This document shows, piece after piece, positions 1 through 12,482 of a DNA stretch of 64,000 nucleotides. The notes under the pieces were generated by a model. That model saw only the letters and a program-made list of their open reading frames with translations, ran no database searches and was not told the DNA's origin. Made by a program: the position numbers and the translations under genes. Origin of the DNA: Alphaproteobacteria bacterium (GTDB lineage Bacteria > Pseudomonadota > Alphaproteobacteria > CALKHQ01); contig CBDDFZ010000001.1 in the NCBI GenBank assembly GCA_965227515.1, positions 480,001-544,000 on the forward strand, in the 5' to 3' direction. Position 1 is the first letter of the stretch. The number at the start of each line of letters is the position of its first letter.

Positions 1-813
1 GACGAGATCCGGACCCGGGTCGAGAAGGTCGCGGAGATGCTGCGCCTGAGCCCGATGCTGAAGCGCAAGCCGTCCGAGCTGTCGGGCGGCCAGCAGCAGC
101 GCACCGCGCTCGCCCGCGCCCTGGTCAAGGATGCCGACCTGGTGCTGCTGGACGAGCCGCTGGCCAACCTGGATTTCAAGCTGCGCGAGGAACTGCGCGA
201 CGAGTTGCCCCGCCTGTTCGAGGATCGCGGCTGCACCGTCGTCTACGCCACCACCGAGCCTGGCGAGGCGCTGCTGCTGGGCGGCCATACCGCCACCCTG
301 CACGAGGGCCGGATCACGCAATTCGGGCCGACCGGCGCCGTTTATCGCCAGCCGCACGACCTGACCACCGCGCGGGTGTTTTCCGACCCGCCGATCAACA
401 CCGCGCCGATCACAAAACACAGCGACCGGGCAAGCTTCGGCAGCACCGCCGCCTGGAAGGTGACCGACGTCCTGCGCCCCCATGGCAACGGCGTCTACAC
501 CATGGCGATCCGGCCCCATTTCGTCAGCCCGGTGCGCCGCTCCCCGGACGACGTGGAAGTGACCGGCGAGGTGCAGGTGGCCGAGCTCAGCGGATCGGAG
601 AGCATCGTTCACTTCCGCCTGCACGACGGCCGCTCGTGGGTGTCGCAGTCCCATGGCGTCCACCCGTTCAATGTCGGCGACCAGGCACGCATGTACTTCG
701 ACCCGCGGCGTTGCCTGTACTTCGACGGTGCCGAGCGGCTGATCGGCTTGCCGGACGACGATCAGGGCAGCGCAGACGCCGGCGTGGCGCACGCCATGGG
801 CGGGGGCGACTGA
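1..813 (+). CDS. glpS: Glycerol-type (CUT1) ABC transporter ATP-binding subunit, GlpS-like; 5' truncated by window edge
   Basis: Frame open from base 1; signature LSGGQQQR, Walker B LVLLDEP, H-loop replaced by ATTEP; C-terminal OB-like region; first gene of the cluster. Confidence 0.85.
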   Translation, partial: DEIRTRVEKVAEMLRLSPMLKRKPSELSGGQQQRTALARALVKDADLVLLDEPLANLDFKLREELRDELPRLFEDRGCTVVYATTEPGEALLLGGHTATLHEGRITQFGPTGAVYRQPHDLTTARVFSDPPINTAPITKHSDRASFGSTAAWKVTDVLRPHGNGVYTMAIRPHFVSPVRRSPDDVEVTGEVQVAELSGSESIVHFRLHDGRSWVSQSHGVHPFNVGDQARMYFDPRRCLYFDGAERLIGLPDDDQGSADAGVAHAMGGGD

Positions 814-816
814 GCC

Positions 817-1920
<1,104 letters not shown>

Positions 1921-1923
1921 GCG

Positions 1924-3599
<1,676 letters not shown>

Positions 3600-3630
3600 T
3601 GGACGGCCAGCGCAGTGATTGGAGCCTGTC

Positions 3631-3969
3631 ATGCTAGGGCTTGCCTACGGCATGTACTGGACGCGGATCGACGCCGTGCTCAACTGGGCGTTCGGCTGGA
3701 TGGCGTGGACCTTACCGACCGGCCTGTTCTTCGTCGGTATCGCGCTTGCCTTGGTCGCGATGGGCGTCTGGGAAGCCGTCAGCCCCGGCGGCGGCCCGCG
3801 CGACGGCATCCTGGGGCTCAGGACCACCCGTGGCGACCGCCTGTTCATCTCGCTGTTGGGGTCGGCCTTCATCCACCTGCTGTGGCTGGCCTTCCTCGGC
3901 GAACCGCTGCTGTGGGTGGCGACGATCATCGCGGTGGTGTATGCCGTGCTGGTGTTCTGGCGCGTGTGA
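3631..3969 (+). CDS. DUF2160 small membrane protein (GlpU-like)
   Basis: WMAWT...TTRGDRLFISLLGSAFIHL motif typical of the small membrane protein in glycerol ABC clusters; start uncertain. Confidence 0.8.
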   Translation: MLGLAYGMYWTRIDAVLNWAFGWMAWTLPTGLFFVGIALALVAMGVWEAVSPGGGPRDGILGLRTTRGDRLFISLLGSAFIHLLWLAFLGEPLLWVATIIAVVYAVLVFWRV

Positions 3970-4067
3970 CGCCTGCGGCGAATGCGCGCCGCACCAAACT
4001 CGCGCCGCAAACGTTCCATATCGGTATTGAGCGAGATCGCTCGCAATACTGATGACGGACGGGCCGG

Positions 4068-5978
4068 ATGACGCCGACACCTTTGCTAGACACCGTGACC
4101 GAGCCGGCCGACCTGCGCCGGCTGGACCCGCAGGATCTGCCGCAACTGGCCGACGAGTTGCGCCAGGAGTTGATCGACGCGGTCTCCATCACCGGCGGCC
4201 ATCTGGGTGCCGGCCTCGGCGTCGTCGAGCTGACGGTGGCGCTGCACTACGTCTTCGACACGCCGCGCGACAAGCTGATCTGGGACGTCGGCCACCAGGC
4301 CTATCCGCACAAGATACTGACCGGCCGGCGCGACCGCATCCGCACCCTGCGCCAGCAGGGCGGGCTCAGCGGTTTCACCCGGCGTAGCGAGAGCGACTAC
4401 GATCCCTTCGGTGCCGCCCACAGTTCCACGTCCATCTCCGCCGGGCTCGGCTTCGCGGTGGCGCGCGACCTGCGCGGCCAGGACCACAAGGTGGTTTCCG
4501 TGATCGGCGATGGCGCCATGAGCGCCGGCATGGCCTATGAGGCGATGAACAACGCAGGCGCCCTGAACGCCGGCATGATCGTGGTTCTGAACGACAACGA
4601 TATGTCGATCGCCCCGCCGGTCGGCGCGATGTCGAGCTATCTGTCGCGGCTGGTCTCCTCCAACCCCTACCGGTCGCTGCGCCAGGTTGCCAAGCGCATG
4701 GCGCACCGCTTCCCCGGCCCGTTCGCCGAGGCGGCCCACCGGGCGGAGGAGTTCGCGCGCGGCATGGTGGCCGGCGGTACCCTGTTCGAGGAGATGGGCT
4801 TCTACTACATCGGCCCGGTCGACGGCCACGACCTGGAGCACCTGGTGGCGGTGCTGGACAACGTGCGCCGGTCGCGCCATCGCCGCCCCGTGCTGGTCCA
4901 CGTCGCCACCCAGAAGGGCAAGGGCTACGCCCCGGCGGAGGCGGCAGAGGACAAGTACCACGGCGTCGCCAAGTTCGACGTGGTCACCGGCACCCAGCGC
5001 AAGTCGGCCAGCAACGCGCCGAGCTACACATCGGTGTTCGCCCAGGAATTGGTCGCCCAGGCCGAGCGCGACGACCGCATTGTCGCCATTACCGCCGCCA
5101 TGCCCGGCGGCACCGGCATCGCCAAGTTCGCCGAGCGTTTTCCGCGCCGGACCTTCGACGTCGGCATCGCCGAGCAGCATGCGGTCACCTTCGCCGCCGG
5201 GTTGGCGGCCGAGGGCATGGTGCCGTTCTGCGCCATCTATTCCACCTTCCTGCAGCGCGCCTATGACCAGGTGGTCCACGACGTGGCGCTGCAGCATCTG
5301 CCGGTGCGCTTCGCTATCGACCGGGCCGGTCTGGTCGGGGCCGATGGCGCCACCCACGCCGGCGCCTATGACATCACCTATCTCGGCTGCCTGCCGGACA
5401 TGGTGCTGATGGCCTGCGGCGACGAAGCCGACATGAAGCACATGGTGGCGACCCAGGTCGCCATCGACGACCGGCCGTCGGCGCTTCGGTTCCCGCGCGG
5501 CGAGGGCATGGGCGTGGAGCTGCCGGAGGGCGGCACGCCGCTGGAGATCGGCCGCGGGCGGGTGCTGCGCGAGGGCAGTGCGGTTGCCCTGTTGAGCTAT
5601 GGCGGGCGGCTGGCGGCCTGCCTTGAAGCGGCCGAGACGCTGGCCCAGCACGGCCTGAGCGCGACCGTGGCCGACGCCCGCTTCGCCAAGCCGCTGGACG
5701 CCGACCTTGTGCGCCGGCTGGCCACCGGCCACGAGGTGCTGGTGACGGTGGAGGAAGGGGCTGTCGGCGGGTTTGCCGCCCAGGTGATGCAAACGCTGGC
5801 CCACGCCGACCTGGTCGGCGGCAGTTTGAAGCTCAGGCCGATGACGTTGCCCGACCGGCTGATCGACCATGGCGCCCCGGCGGCGCAGTACACCGACGCC
5901 GGCCTCGACGCTGCGGCCATCGTCGCCACGGCCCTGTCGGCGCTCGGCATCGAACGGGCCGCCGCGACGGGAGCGTAA
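4068..5978 (+). CDS. dxs: 1-deoxy-D-xylulose-5-phosphate synthase
   Basis: [19 protein letters not shown] motif GDGAM...[24 protein letters not shown]. Confidence 0.97.
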   Translation: MTPTPLLDTVTEPADLRRLDPQDLPQLADELRQELIDAVSITGGHLGAGLGVVELTVALHYVFDTPRDKLIWDVGHQAYPHKILTGRRDRIRTLRQQGGLSGFTRRSESDYDPFGAAHSSTSISAGLGFAVARDLRGQDHKVVSVIGDGAMSAGMAYEAMNNAGALNAGMIVVLNDNDMSIAPPVGAMSSYLSRLVSSNPYRSLRQVAKRMAHRFPGPFAEAAHRAEEFARGMVAGGTLFEEMGFYYIGPVDGHDLEHLVAVLDNVRRSRHRRPVLVHVATQKGKGYAPAEAAEDKYHGVAKFDVVTGTQRKSASNAPSYTSVFAQELVAQAERDDRIVAITAAMPGGTGIAKFAERFPRRTFDVGIAEQHAVTFAAGLAAEGMVPFCAIYSTFLQRAYDQVVHDVALQHLPVRFAIDRAGLVGADGATHAGAYDITYLGCLPDMVLMACGDEADMKHMVATQVAIDDRPSALRFPRGEGMGVELPEGGTPLEIGRGRVLREGSAVALLSYGGRLAACLEAAETLAQHGLSATVADARFAKPLDADLVRRLATGHEVLVTVEEGAVGGFAAQVMQTLAHADLVGGSLKLRPMTLPDRLIDHGAPAAQYTDAGLDAAAIVATALSALGIERAAATGA

Positions 5979-6013
5979 TCGGCGGGTGAATAGCCTATGA
6001 CACTTTCGCTTAG

Positions 6014-6093
6014 TCGGCACCGGCCCTCTCCCCCACCCGGCCGCCCAGCAATCATACTGTCGTTGGGCGGCCGGGTGGGGGAGAGGGCTGGCG
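6014..6093. repeat. Palindromic intergenic repeat, CCCTCTCCCCCACCCGG family, copy 1
   Basis: ccctctcccccacccggccgccca...tgggcggccgggtgggggagaggg; homologous copy in reverse orientation at 25571-25650. Confidence 0.85.
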
Positions 6094-6101
6094 CAGAATA
6101 G

Positions 6102-6950
6102 ATGCAAGAATCACTTGATCACCTGCGGTCGTGGATCGGCCGCAGCCGCACCGCGGACGACCGCATCGACCCCTGGCACGTGGCGGCGATGCACGCGACC
6201 CTGGACCGCGCCGGCGATCCGCCGGGGCCGGGCGACGCCCTGCCGCCGGGCTGGCACTGGCTGTTCTTTCGCGAGGCCGAGCCGGCCCGCGCACTTGCCA
6301 GCGACGGCCATCCGGCACGCGGCGCGTTCCTGCCGCCGGTGCCGCTGGACCGGCGGATGTGGGCCGGCGGGCGGTTGTCGTGGCAGGCGCCGATCCCGGT
6401 CGGCGCCGACGCGCGCCGCACGTCCACCGTTCTCGATGTGACGGCCAAGCAGGGACGCAGCGGGCCGCTGGTTTTCGTCACTGTCGGCCATGAGATCGCG
6501 GTCGATGGCACGGCGGTTGCGACCGAGGAACACGACATCGTCTATCGCGACGCGGACTTGGCGGCGCGGCCGGCCGCCGGCACACCGCCGCCCGCCACCG
6601 ACCCGTGGCAACAATCGCTGGTGCCGGATCCGGTGCTGCTGTTCCGCTATTCCGCGCTGACGTTCAACGGGCACCGCATCCACTACGACGCCGACTACAC
6701 CCGCGATGTCGAGGGGTATCCCGGCCTGATCGTGCACGGGCCGCTGACCGCGACCCTGTTGATGGGGCTGGTGGCCGAAGGCGCCGGCGCGCCGCCGGCA
6801 ACGTTCGATTTTCGCGCCCGCGCGCCACTGTTCTGCGGCGAGGCGCTCAGCCTGTCAGGCGGTCCCGATGGAAATGGCGGCTTCGCGGTCGCGGCCTACG
6901 GTCCGGAAGGCCGGGTCGTGATGACCGCCGAGGGCAAACTTCAGGGCTAG
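6102..6950 (+). CDS. Double hot-dog (MaoC/FAS1/HTD2-like) acyl-CoA dehydratase/hydratase
   Basis: LPPGWHWLFF, DGHPARG, RRMWAGG, LFRYSALTFNGHRIHYD, VHGPL motifs. Confidence 0.85.
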   Translation: MQESLDHLRSWIGRSRTADDRIDPWHVAAMHATLDRAGDPPGPGDALPPGWHWLFFREAEPARALASDGHPARGAFLPPVPLDRRMWAGGRLSWQAPIPVGADARRTSTVLDVTAKQGRSGPLVFVTVGHEIAVDGTAVATEEHDIVYRDADLAARPAAGTPPPATDPWQQSLVPDPVLLFRYSALTFNGHRIHYDADYTRDVEGYPGLIVHGPLTATLLMGLVAEGAGAPPATFDFRARAPLFCGEALSLSGGPDGNGGFAVAAYGPEGRVVMTAEGKLQG

Positions 6951-7997
6951 AGCGGGATCGTTTTATGCGGAAGCGTATCCTGCATTGACGATGTAGTTGT
7001 TGCATTCGTGTGGCTGGAACGCGTCGAGTAGTTTTCCGATACGCCGCCATGTGTCGTCGATGGTGCGCTCTGCGGCGCGCCTGAGCAGGTGCTTGAGCTT
7101 GGCGAACACCTGCTCGATGGGATTGAGGTCGGGGCTGTAGGGCGGCAGGAAGAGCAGCCTTGCGCCGGCTTGGCGCAGGGCGGCCCGTACGGCCTTGCCC
7201 TTGTGGCTGCCCAGGTTGTCCATGATGACGATGTCGCCGGGTTTGAGCGTCGGCACCAGGATTTGCTCGACATAGGCGAGGAAGGCCTGACCGTTAATCG
7301 GGCCGTCGAAGACGCACGGTGCGGTGAGCTGGTCGCAGCGCAGAGCAGCGAGGAAGGTCAGGGTGCGCCAGCGGCCGTGCGGTGCCTTGCCGACGAGGCG
7401 CCGGCCGCGCCGGCTCCAGCCCCGCAACGGCGCCATGTTGGTCTTGGCCCAGGTCTCGTCAATGAAGACCAGGCGGGCGGGATCAAGTTTCGCCTGATGA
7501 CGCTTCCAGCGCGCGCGGCGCCGCGCCACGTCGGGACGATCCTGCTCGCTGGCGAACGCGGTTTTTTTTGAAGCTCAATCCCTCGGCATGCACAAAGCGC
7601 CAGATCGCGCCGTAGCTCACCCGGATGCCGCGATCGGCCAACTCGCGCTGCAAGGAGCGCAAGGGAAGGTGCGGCTCGGCAGCCAAACGAGCCTGCACGA
7701 AGTCGCGATGCGGCGCCAATATGATCCGCTTGTGGCCACCGACCTTGCCCGGCGCAACGCTCCCGGTGCGCCGATATCGCTGCGACCACTTCACAACCGC
7801 AGACACGCTCACATCGAACGCGGATGCCACAGAGCGAACCGTCTCACCGGCCATCACCCGGGCAACAGCACGCTCACGAAGATCATTCGAATAGGGTCGA
7901 CCCATCGCGCCAGCCTCCTCTCAAGACCAACACGTTGAATCAGATTGCCACCCGAGTCGGGAATCCCCTTTCGATTCTTCCAAAAAAGACCCCGCTC
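6950..7997 (-). mobile_element. IS630-family insertion sequence
   Basis: Imperfect TIRs TAGAGCGGGATCGTTTT / TAGAGCGGGGTCTTTTT, TA on both sides (6948-6949, 7998-7999); split HTH + DDE transposase inside. Confidence 0.92.
6963..7905 (-). CDS. IS630 transposase in two frames (HTH OrfA 7483-7905, DDE OrfB 6963-7529) joined at an A8 run
   Basis: OrfA MGRPYSNDLRER; OrfB VFIDETW, IMDNLGSHK, YSPDLNPIE; A8 at 7562-7569 (minus strand), a +1/-2 shift gives KKTAFASEQDRPDV. Confidence 0.88.
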
Positions 7998-7999
7998 TA

Positions 8000-8820
8000 A
8001 GGCCTGTTGAGATTCAGGATTCCTCTCCGTGCTTGGTTGTGATTCAAGCTTCGGATGGAACGATTCGTACTGAGTGACGCCCAATGGGCGAAGATGGAAC
8101 CCCATTGCTTGGGCAAGCCGAGCGATCCGGGCCGCAGTGGCGCTGACAACCGGCGCTTTGTCGAAGCCGTGCTGTGGGTGGTGCGTACGGGCAGCCCGTG
8201 GCGTGATCTCCCGACATCTTTTGGCCCTTGGAACACGGTCTTTAAGCGATACCGCGACTGGGTCAAAGCAGACGTCTTCGTGCGGCTGTTCGAGGCCTGC
8301 TTGGACGAGCCGGACATGGAATACGCCATGGTTGATGCCACCATTGTCAAGGTGCACCGCCACGGCCAGGGCGCAAAAGGGGGACTCAAAGCCAGGCCAT
8401 CGGCCGCTCCAAGGGCGGGATGACGACGAAGATCCTCGCGCTGTGTGATGCGCTTGGCAATCTGGTGCGTTTCGTGCTCCTGCCCGGCCATCGCTACGAT
8501 ACGGTTGGCGTGCCGCCGCTCATCGACGGACTCTCCTTCAAGGCGATGATCGCGGACAAAGCGTTCGACACCAGCGCCATCGTTGCTGACCTCAACGAGC
8601 GCGGTGCCAAGATCGTCATATCCCAGCATCCGCGCCGCGCCAGCCCGCTGCAAATCGACGCCGAGATGTACAAATGGCGTCATCTGATCGAAAACTTCTT
8701 CTGCAAACTCAAAGAGTTCAAGCGAATCGCCATGCGTGCAGACAAAACCGACACAAGCTTCAACGCCATCATCCATCTCGCAGCAGCTGTCATAAACTCG
8801 CGATGAATCTCAACAGGCCC
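8000..8820 (+). mobile_element. IS5-family (IS427-like) insertion sequence, copy 1, 821 bp
   Basis: 16-bp TIR GGCCTGTTGAGATTCA / TGAATCTCAACAGGCC, flanking TA duplication; second copy at 35171-35991. Confidence 0.93.
8055..8806 (+). CDS. IS5 transposase OrfA (8055-8423) / OrfB (8420-8806), -1 frameshift
   Basis: LSDAQW, RTGSPWRDLP, VDATIVKVH, ADKAFD, YKWRHLIENFF; slippery AAAAGGGGG at ~8375-8383. Confidence 0.9.
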
Positions 8821-8831
8821 TAGAGCACTTT

Positions 8832-8984
8832 TCAGCTAGTCGGCGCCGGCTCGCCGGCAATGCTGCCGCTGCTGCCCTGCGGCTGGCCCAGGCCGACCTG
8901 GGCGGACGCGGTGCCCAGCGATACGATCGACGCGATGGCCGCGGCCATGCCTGCCCAAAGCGCAGGCGATGCATTGAATGTCAT
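8832..8984 (-). CDS. 50-aa signal-peptide ORF; possibly a truncated secreted protein
   Basis: RBS AAGGGGA, MTFNASPALWAGMAAAIASIVSLGTASA|QVG; ends next to the IS cluster. Confidence 0.45.
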   Translation of the reverse strand: MTFNASPALWAGMAAAIASIVSLGTASAQVGLGQPQGSSGSIAGEPAPTS

Positions 8985-9240
8985 CTGAAGATGTCCCCTT
9001 GCTGGCCGCAATTGCCGTGGCGTCCGGCATGCAACGCCGCCGCAGGGTTTGAGTATCCAAGAAATACGGCGGATTGTTGGCGTGGACGACGTATGCGGCA
9101 TCCGGTGATCCGCCTCACACCTGCGCCGCCTCACCCAGCCCAGATATTGATATGCGCTGCGGCCCCGGTTCCCTCTCCCGTCCGGCCGCCGCGTCGCAGA
9201 TGCGCGTCGCCACCGGTTCTCTGCCGGTGGCGGCCGCGTG

Positions 9241-9453
9241 CTACTTCTTCTTGGTCAGGTAGTCGGACCAGCTGGTGACGCCCATCTTGATCATATGCGA
9301 CGTCAACTCGACCAGCCGGTTGGCGTCGACCAACATGGTCATGCTGATCGCCACCTTCCCGTCTTCGCGCATTTCCATGCCCGTGACCTCGACCGTGCTT
9401 GGCGGATACTCCCCCGCATCGGGCATCCGGTCGGACTTGGGTAGATCGGTCAT
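9241..9453 (-). CDS. Small hypothetical protein (~70 aa)
   Basis: GC3-rich codons, lies downstream of hsp20-DUF1150 on the same strand; GC hairpin at ~9208-9232 follows it. Confidence 0.55.
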   Translation of the reverse strand: MTDLPKSDRMPDAGEYPPSTVEVTGMEMREDGKVAISMTMLVDANRLVELTSHMIKMGVTSWSDYLTKKK

Positions 9454-9560
9454 GCGCATTGGTCTCGGCGCGGTGTGGTGCGCGTACGCCATGTCTGTCG
9501 CAGCCGCAATCCGGTGCGACGGCAAAGCATAGCTTGCCGCGGCCGCGGCGTCATCCGGCG

Positions 9561-9776
9561 CTAATGCAGCGTCGCCGCCTCCATCTCGTTCTGATGGATC
9601 AGGCTGATTGCGGCCTCATAGCTGGGCGCCATCGCCAGCTTACGGCCATTGGCGGCGCATACCGCGAAACCGGTGCTGCCGTCCTTGTCCACCTGCTTGA
9701 TGTAGGCGACGTCGTTAACGCCAAGGGCCGCAAGGTCCTGGGTCGTGATTTCGCGCCATTGTTGTGCCATGTCCAT
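9561..9776 (-). CDS. DUF1150 family small protein (Hsp20-associated)
   Basis: QDLAALGVNDVAYIK...FAVCAANG...LH; RBS AGGAGG; directly after hsp20. Confidence 0.8.
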   Translation of the reverse strand: MDMAQQWREITTQDLAALGVNDVAYIKQVDKDGSTGFAVCAANGRKLAMAPSYEAAISLIHQNEMEAATLH

Positions 9777-9795
9777 GGTGCACCTCCTGGCTGGA

Positions 9796-10290
9796 TTAAT
9801 CGGACGTCGCGGCGCTGGTTGGCGCGCGCTTGGCCCTACCTGTTGAAGTTGCTGCAGCTTTCGTGCCGCCACCACCTTCGGCGTCGCGAATGGCAATTTT
9901 GCGGACGTTCTCGTGCGCCAGCGGCTGGTTCAGGTCAATCATCAGCAACCCATTGCGCAAGCTGGCGTCCCGCACTTCCACGCCGTCGGCCAGCAGGAAG
10001 GTGCGCTTGAACTGCCGCGCGGCAATGCCACGGTGCAGGAATACGCGCCCGTCATCCTCGTCCGACTGGCTGCCGGCGACGGTCAACTGGTTGGCCTCGA
10101 TCTCGATGTGCAGGTCGTCGAGGGTGAATCCGGCCACCGCGAGCACGATCTGCAGACGGTCTGGGCCAAGCCTCTCGATATTGTATGGGGGATAACCGTC
10201 GGGCGCGGCCTTGGTCATCCGGTCCAGCGATCGCTCGATCTGATCGAAACCGAGCATCAGCGGGCTGTTGAACAGCGACATTCGTGCCAC
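9796..10290 (-). CDS. ibpA: Small heat-shock protein Hsp20/IbpA family
   Basis: FNSPLMLGFD, GYPPYNIE, LAVAGF, FLHRGIAARQF, NGLL; GTG start with GGAGG. Confidence 0.92.
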   Translation of the reverse strand: MARMSLFNSPLMLGFDQIERSLDRMTKAAPDGYPPYNIERLGPDRLQIVLAVAGFTLDDLHIEIEANQLTVAGSQSDEDDGRVFLHRGIAARQFKRTFLLADGVEVRDASLRNGLLMIDLNQPLAHENVRKIAIRDAEGGGGTKAAATSTGRAKRAPTSAATSD

Positions 10291-10410
10291 CGTCACCTCC
10301 ATGCGTGAGCGTGAACGGCGATCGGGCCCTATGGGTGCACGCATGGAGTACGTCCTGTGTGCAAACTTCAGGCACCCGTCCGCGCGGCCGACCCTGTCGG
10401 CATCGGCCGC
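10288..10410 (-). promoter_or_regulatory. Putative ROSE-like RNA thermometer in the hsp20 5' UTR
   Basis: Hairpin CGCCGUUCACGCUC-loop-GAGGUGACGGUG buries the SD and GUG, with a bulged G opposite the SD; upstream hairpin GCGGCCGA/UCGGCCGC. Confidence 0.6.
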
Positions 10411-10418
10411 AGGTCAAG

Positions 10419-10447
10419 AAATGGGGCGCGGCAACGCGGAAATCAAG
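10419..10447 (-). promoter_or_regulatory. RpoH (sigma32) promoter of hsp20
   Basis: CTTGAT-N15-CCCCATTT, matching CTTGAA-N13-17-CCCCATNT. Confidence 0.8.
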
Positions 10448-10489
10448 GAATTGGAACCGAGGGTCGGATGTCCGGCGGCCCGTTGCCGG

Positions 10490-10828
10490 CTACAGCGCCT
10501 CGTCGCCGCGCTCGCCGGTGCGCACCCGCACCGCCTCGCCGATGGGCATGACGAAGACCTTGCCGTCGCCGATCTTGCCGGTGTTGGCGGTGGCGCGGAT
10601 GGTTTCCACCACCTGGTCCACCAGGTCGTCGGGCACCGCCACGTCGATCCGCACCTTGGCGACGAAATTGATGTGGTACTCGGCGCCGCGATAGACCTCG
10701 GTCTGGCCCTTCTGGCGGCCGAACCCCTTCACTTCCGTCGCCGTCATTCCGGCAACGCCGATGCCGGTGAGCGCGTCGTGAATGGCATCGAGCTGATGCG
10801 GCCGGATGATCGCCACCACCATTTGCAT
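10490..10828 (-). CDS. glnK: P-II nitrogen regulatory protein
   Basis: 112 aa; KGFGRQKG, T-loop YRGAEY, TGKIGDGKVF, RVRTGE; adjacent to amt. Confidence 0.93.
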   Translation of the reverse strand: MQMVVAIIRPHQLDAIHDALTGIGVAGMTATEVKGFGRQKGQTEVYRGAEYHINFVAKVRIDVAVPDDLVDQVVETIRATANTGKIGDGKVFVMPIGEAVRVRTGERGDEAL

Positions 10829-10968
10829 AGACCTGTCTCCTTCGCCCCGCCCGTCTTACTCACCCCGGCAGCGCACGCGTCCACGGTTTCGAACGCCAGC
10901 ATAGCGCATATCGGATGACATGCAGCAATGACCGTGCCGCAATGTGCCCGAGCCATGCGGCATGGCGG

Positions 10969-12204
10969 TCAAGTGTGGTCGTAGCCGCGTTCGCCATGGA
11001 TGTTGATGTCCAGGCCCTCGTTGAGCACCTCGTCGTGGACCCGAATGCCGACCAACGCGCGGCAGACCACGGCGATGATGGCGGTGACGACCAGGGTGTA
11101 GGCGAGCACGATCAGGATGCCGACAAGCTGGACGGTGAACTGGGTGCCCGCCTCGACCCCGCCGAGGCCGGCGCCGCCCAGCGACTCCGCGGCCAGGAAC
11201 GGCAATACCAGGGCGCCCCAGATGCCGCCCAGCCCATGGACCGCGAAGACGTCCAGGCTGTCGTCCACCCGGCAGCGGCGCTTCAGCACGCCAATCGCTT
11301 CCTGGCACAGGATGCCCGCGACGCCGCCGATGATCAGCGCGCCGACCGGGCCGACATGGCCGGACGCCGGGGTGATGGAGGCCAGGCCCGCCACCATGCC
11401 GGTGACGATGCCGACCAGGCTGGGCTTGCCGTGGCGCAGCCATTCCCAGCCCAGCCACGTCAGCGAGGCGGTCGCGGCGGACAGATGGGTCACCAGCACC
11501 GCCGACACCGCATCGTTGTTGGCGGCCCCCGGCGAGCCGCCGTTGAAGCCGAACCAGCCCACCCAGAGCATGGAAGCGCCGATCATCACCAGCACCGGGC
11601 GGTGCGGCGGCTGCACGTGCTCGGGGAAGCGCGGCGCGCGGCCGACCAGGATTGCCAAGACCAGGGCCGCGATGCCCGCCGTCTCGTGCACCACCACGCC
11701 GCCGGCGAGGTCCTGCACGCCGACGCCGTTGAACAGGCCCCAACTGCTGTCGGCGCTGAGGATGCCGCCGCCCCAGACCCAATGCGCCACCGGCGCGTAG
11801 CACAGCAGCATCCACAAAAGGCTGAACAGCATCACGAAACCGAACTTGATGCGCTCGACGAAGGCGCCGACGATCAGCGCCGGCGTGATGATCGCGAACG
11901 TCATCTGGAACACGACCGTCAGCAGTTCGGTGGTCGACCCGTCGTCGGGCGCGCGCGACAGCGACAGCAGCAACGCGGCATCGAAGCCGCCGAACCAGCC
12001 GGCGTCAGGCCCGAAGGCGATGCTGTAGCCAATGACCATCCAGCCGATCGACACGACGCAACAAATCGCGAAGCAGTGCATCAGCACCGAGACGACGTTG
12101 CGTGCGCGCACCAGGCCGCCATAGAACAGCGCCAGCCCCGGCAGCGTCATGAACAGGACCAGCGCGGTTGCCGTCAGCAACCATGCCGTGTCGGGTGACG
12201 ACAT
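10969..12204 (-). CDS. amtB: Ammonium transporter
   Basis: PGLALFYGG, FQMTFAIIT, HWVWGGG, D(L)AGGVVVH, GWFGFNGGS, DDSLDVFAVHG; both pore His present. Confidence 0.95.
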   Translation of the reverse strand: MSSPDTAWLLTATALVLFMTLPGLALFYGGLVRARNVVSVLMHCFAICCVVSIGWMVIGYSIAFGPDAGWFGGFDAALLLSLSRAPDDGSTTELLTVVFQMTFAIITPALIVGAFVERIKFGFVMLFSLLWMLLCYAPVAHWVWGGGILSADSSWGLFNGVGVQDLAGGVVVHETAGIAALVLAILVGRAPRFPEHVQPPHRPVLVMIGASMLWVGWFGFNGGSPGAANNDAVSAVLVTHLSAATASLTWLGWEWLRHGKPSLVGIVTGMVAGLASITPASGHVGPVGALIIGGVAGILCQEAIGVLKRRCRVDDSLDVFAVHGLGGIWGALVLPFLAAESLGGAGLGGVEAGTQFTVQLVGILIVLAYTLVVTAIIAVVCRALVGIRVHDEVLNEGLDINIHGERGYDHT

Positions 12205-12352
12205 GCGGTACCTCACATTTCCCAAGACAAGGCCGCCCGAACGGACGGCCGCGAACCGACGCCTGATGGAGCGCCTAAGCCGAACTCCTACGCCCAGGTG
12301 CACATTTCTTGATCGGTTTTTGCACGCGGCGTGTGCGGAATGCCATATCAGC

Positions 12353-12369
12353 CGCCTGTTTATTGGGCA
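12353..12369. promoter_or_regulatory. Possible NtrC-binding site upstream of amtB
   Basis: cGCctgtttattggGCa: GC-N11-GC with AT-rich centre; no matching sigma54 site found. Confidence 0.3.
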
Positions 12370-12482
12370 AGTGACAGGTTCGCCGGGCGCGACCGCGGCC
12401 CGCGGCATCGTGCGTGCAACCGCCCCGGCGATGGCCTACAGTCGCCCCTCGCAAGGTACAGAAAGTCTGGGGGTCGGCCGCG

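Noticed and set aside
8055-8806. IS5 transposase as a frameshifted pseudogene
   Set aside because: The same split occurs in both copies at a typical AAAAGGGGG -1 slippery site
12205-12350. Sigma54 promoter for amtB
   Set aside because: TGGCAT is present but there is no GC at the required -12 spacing
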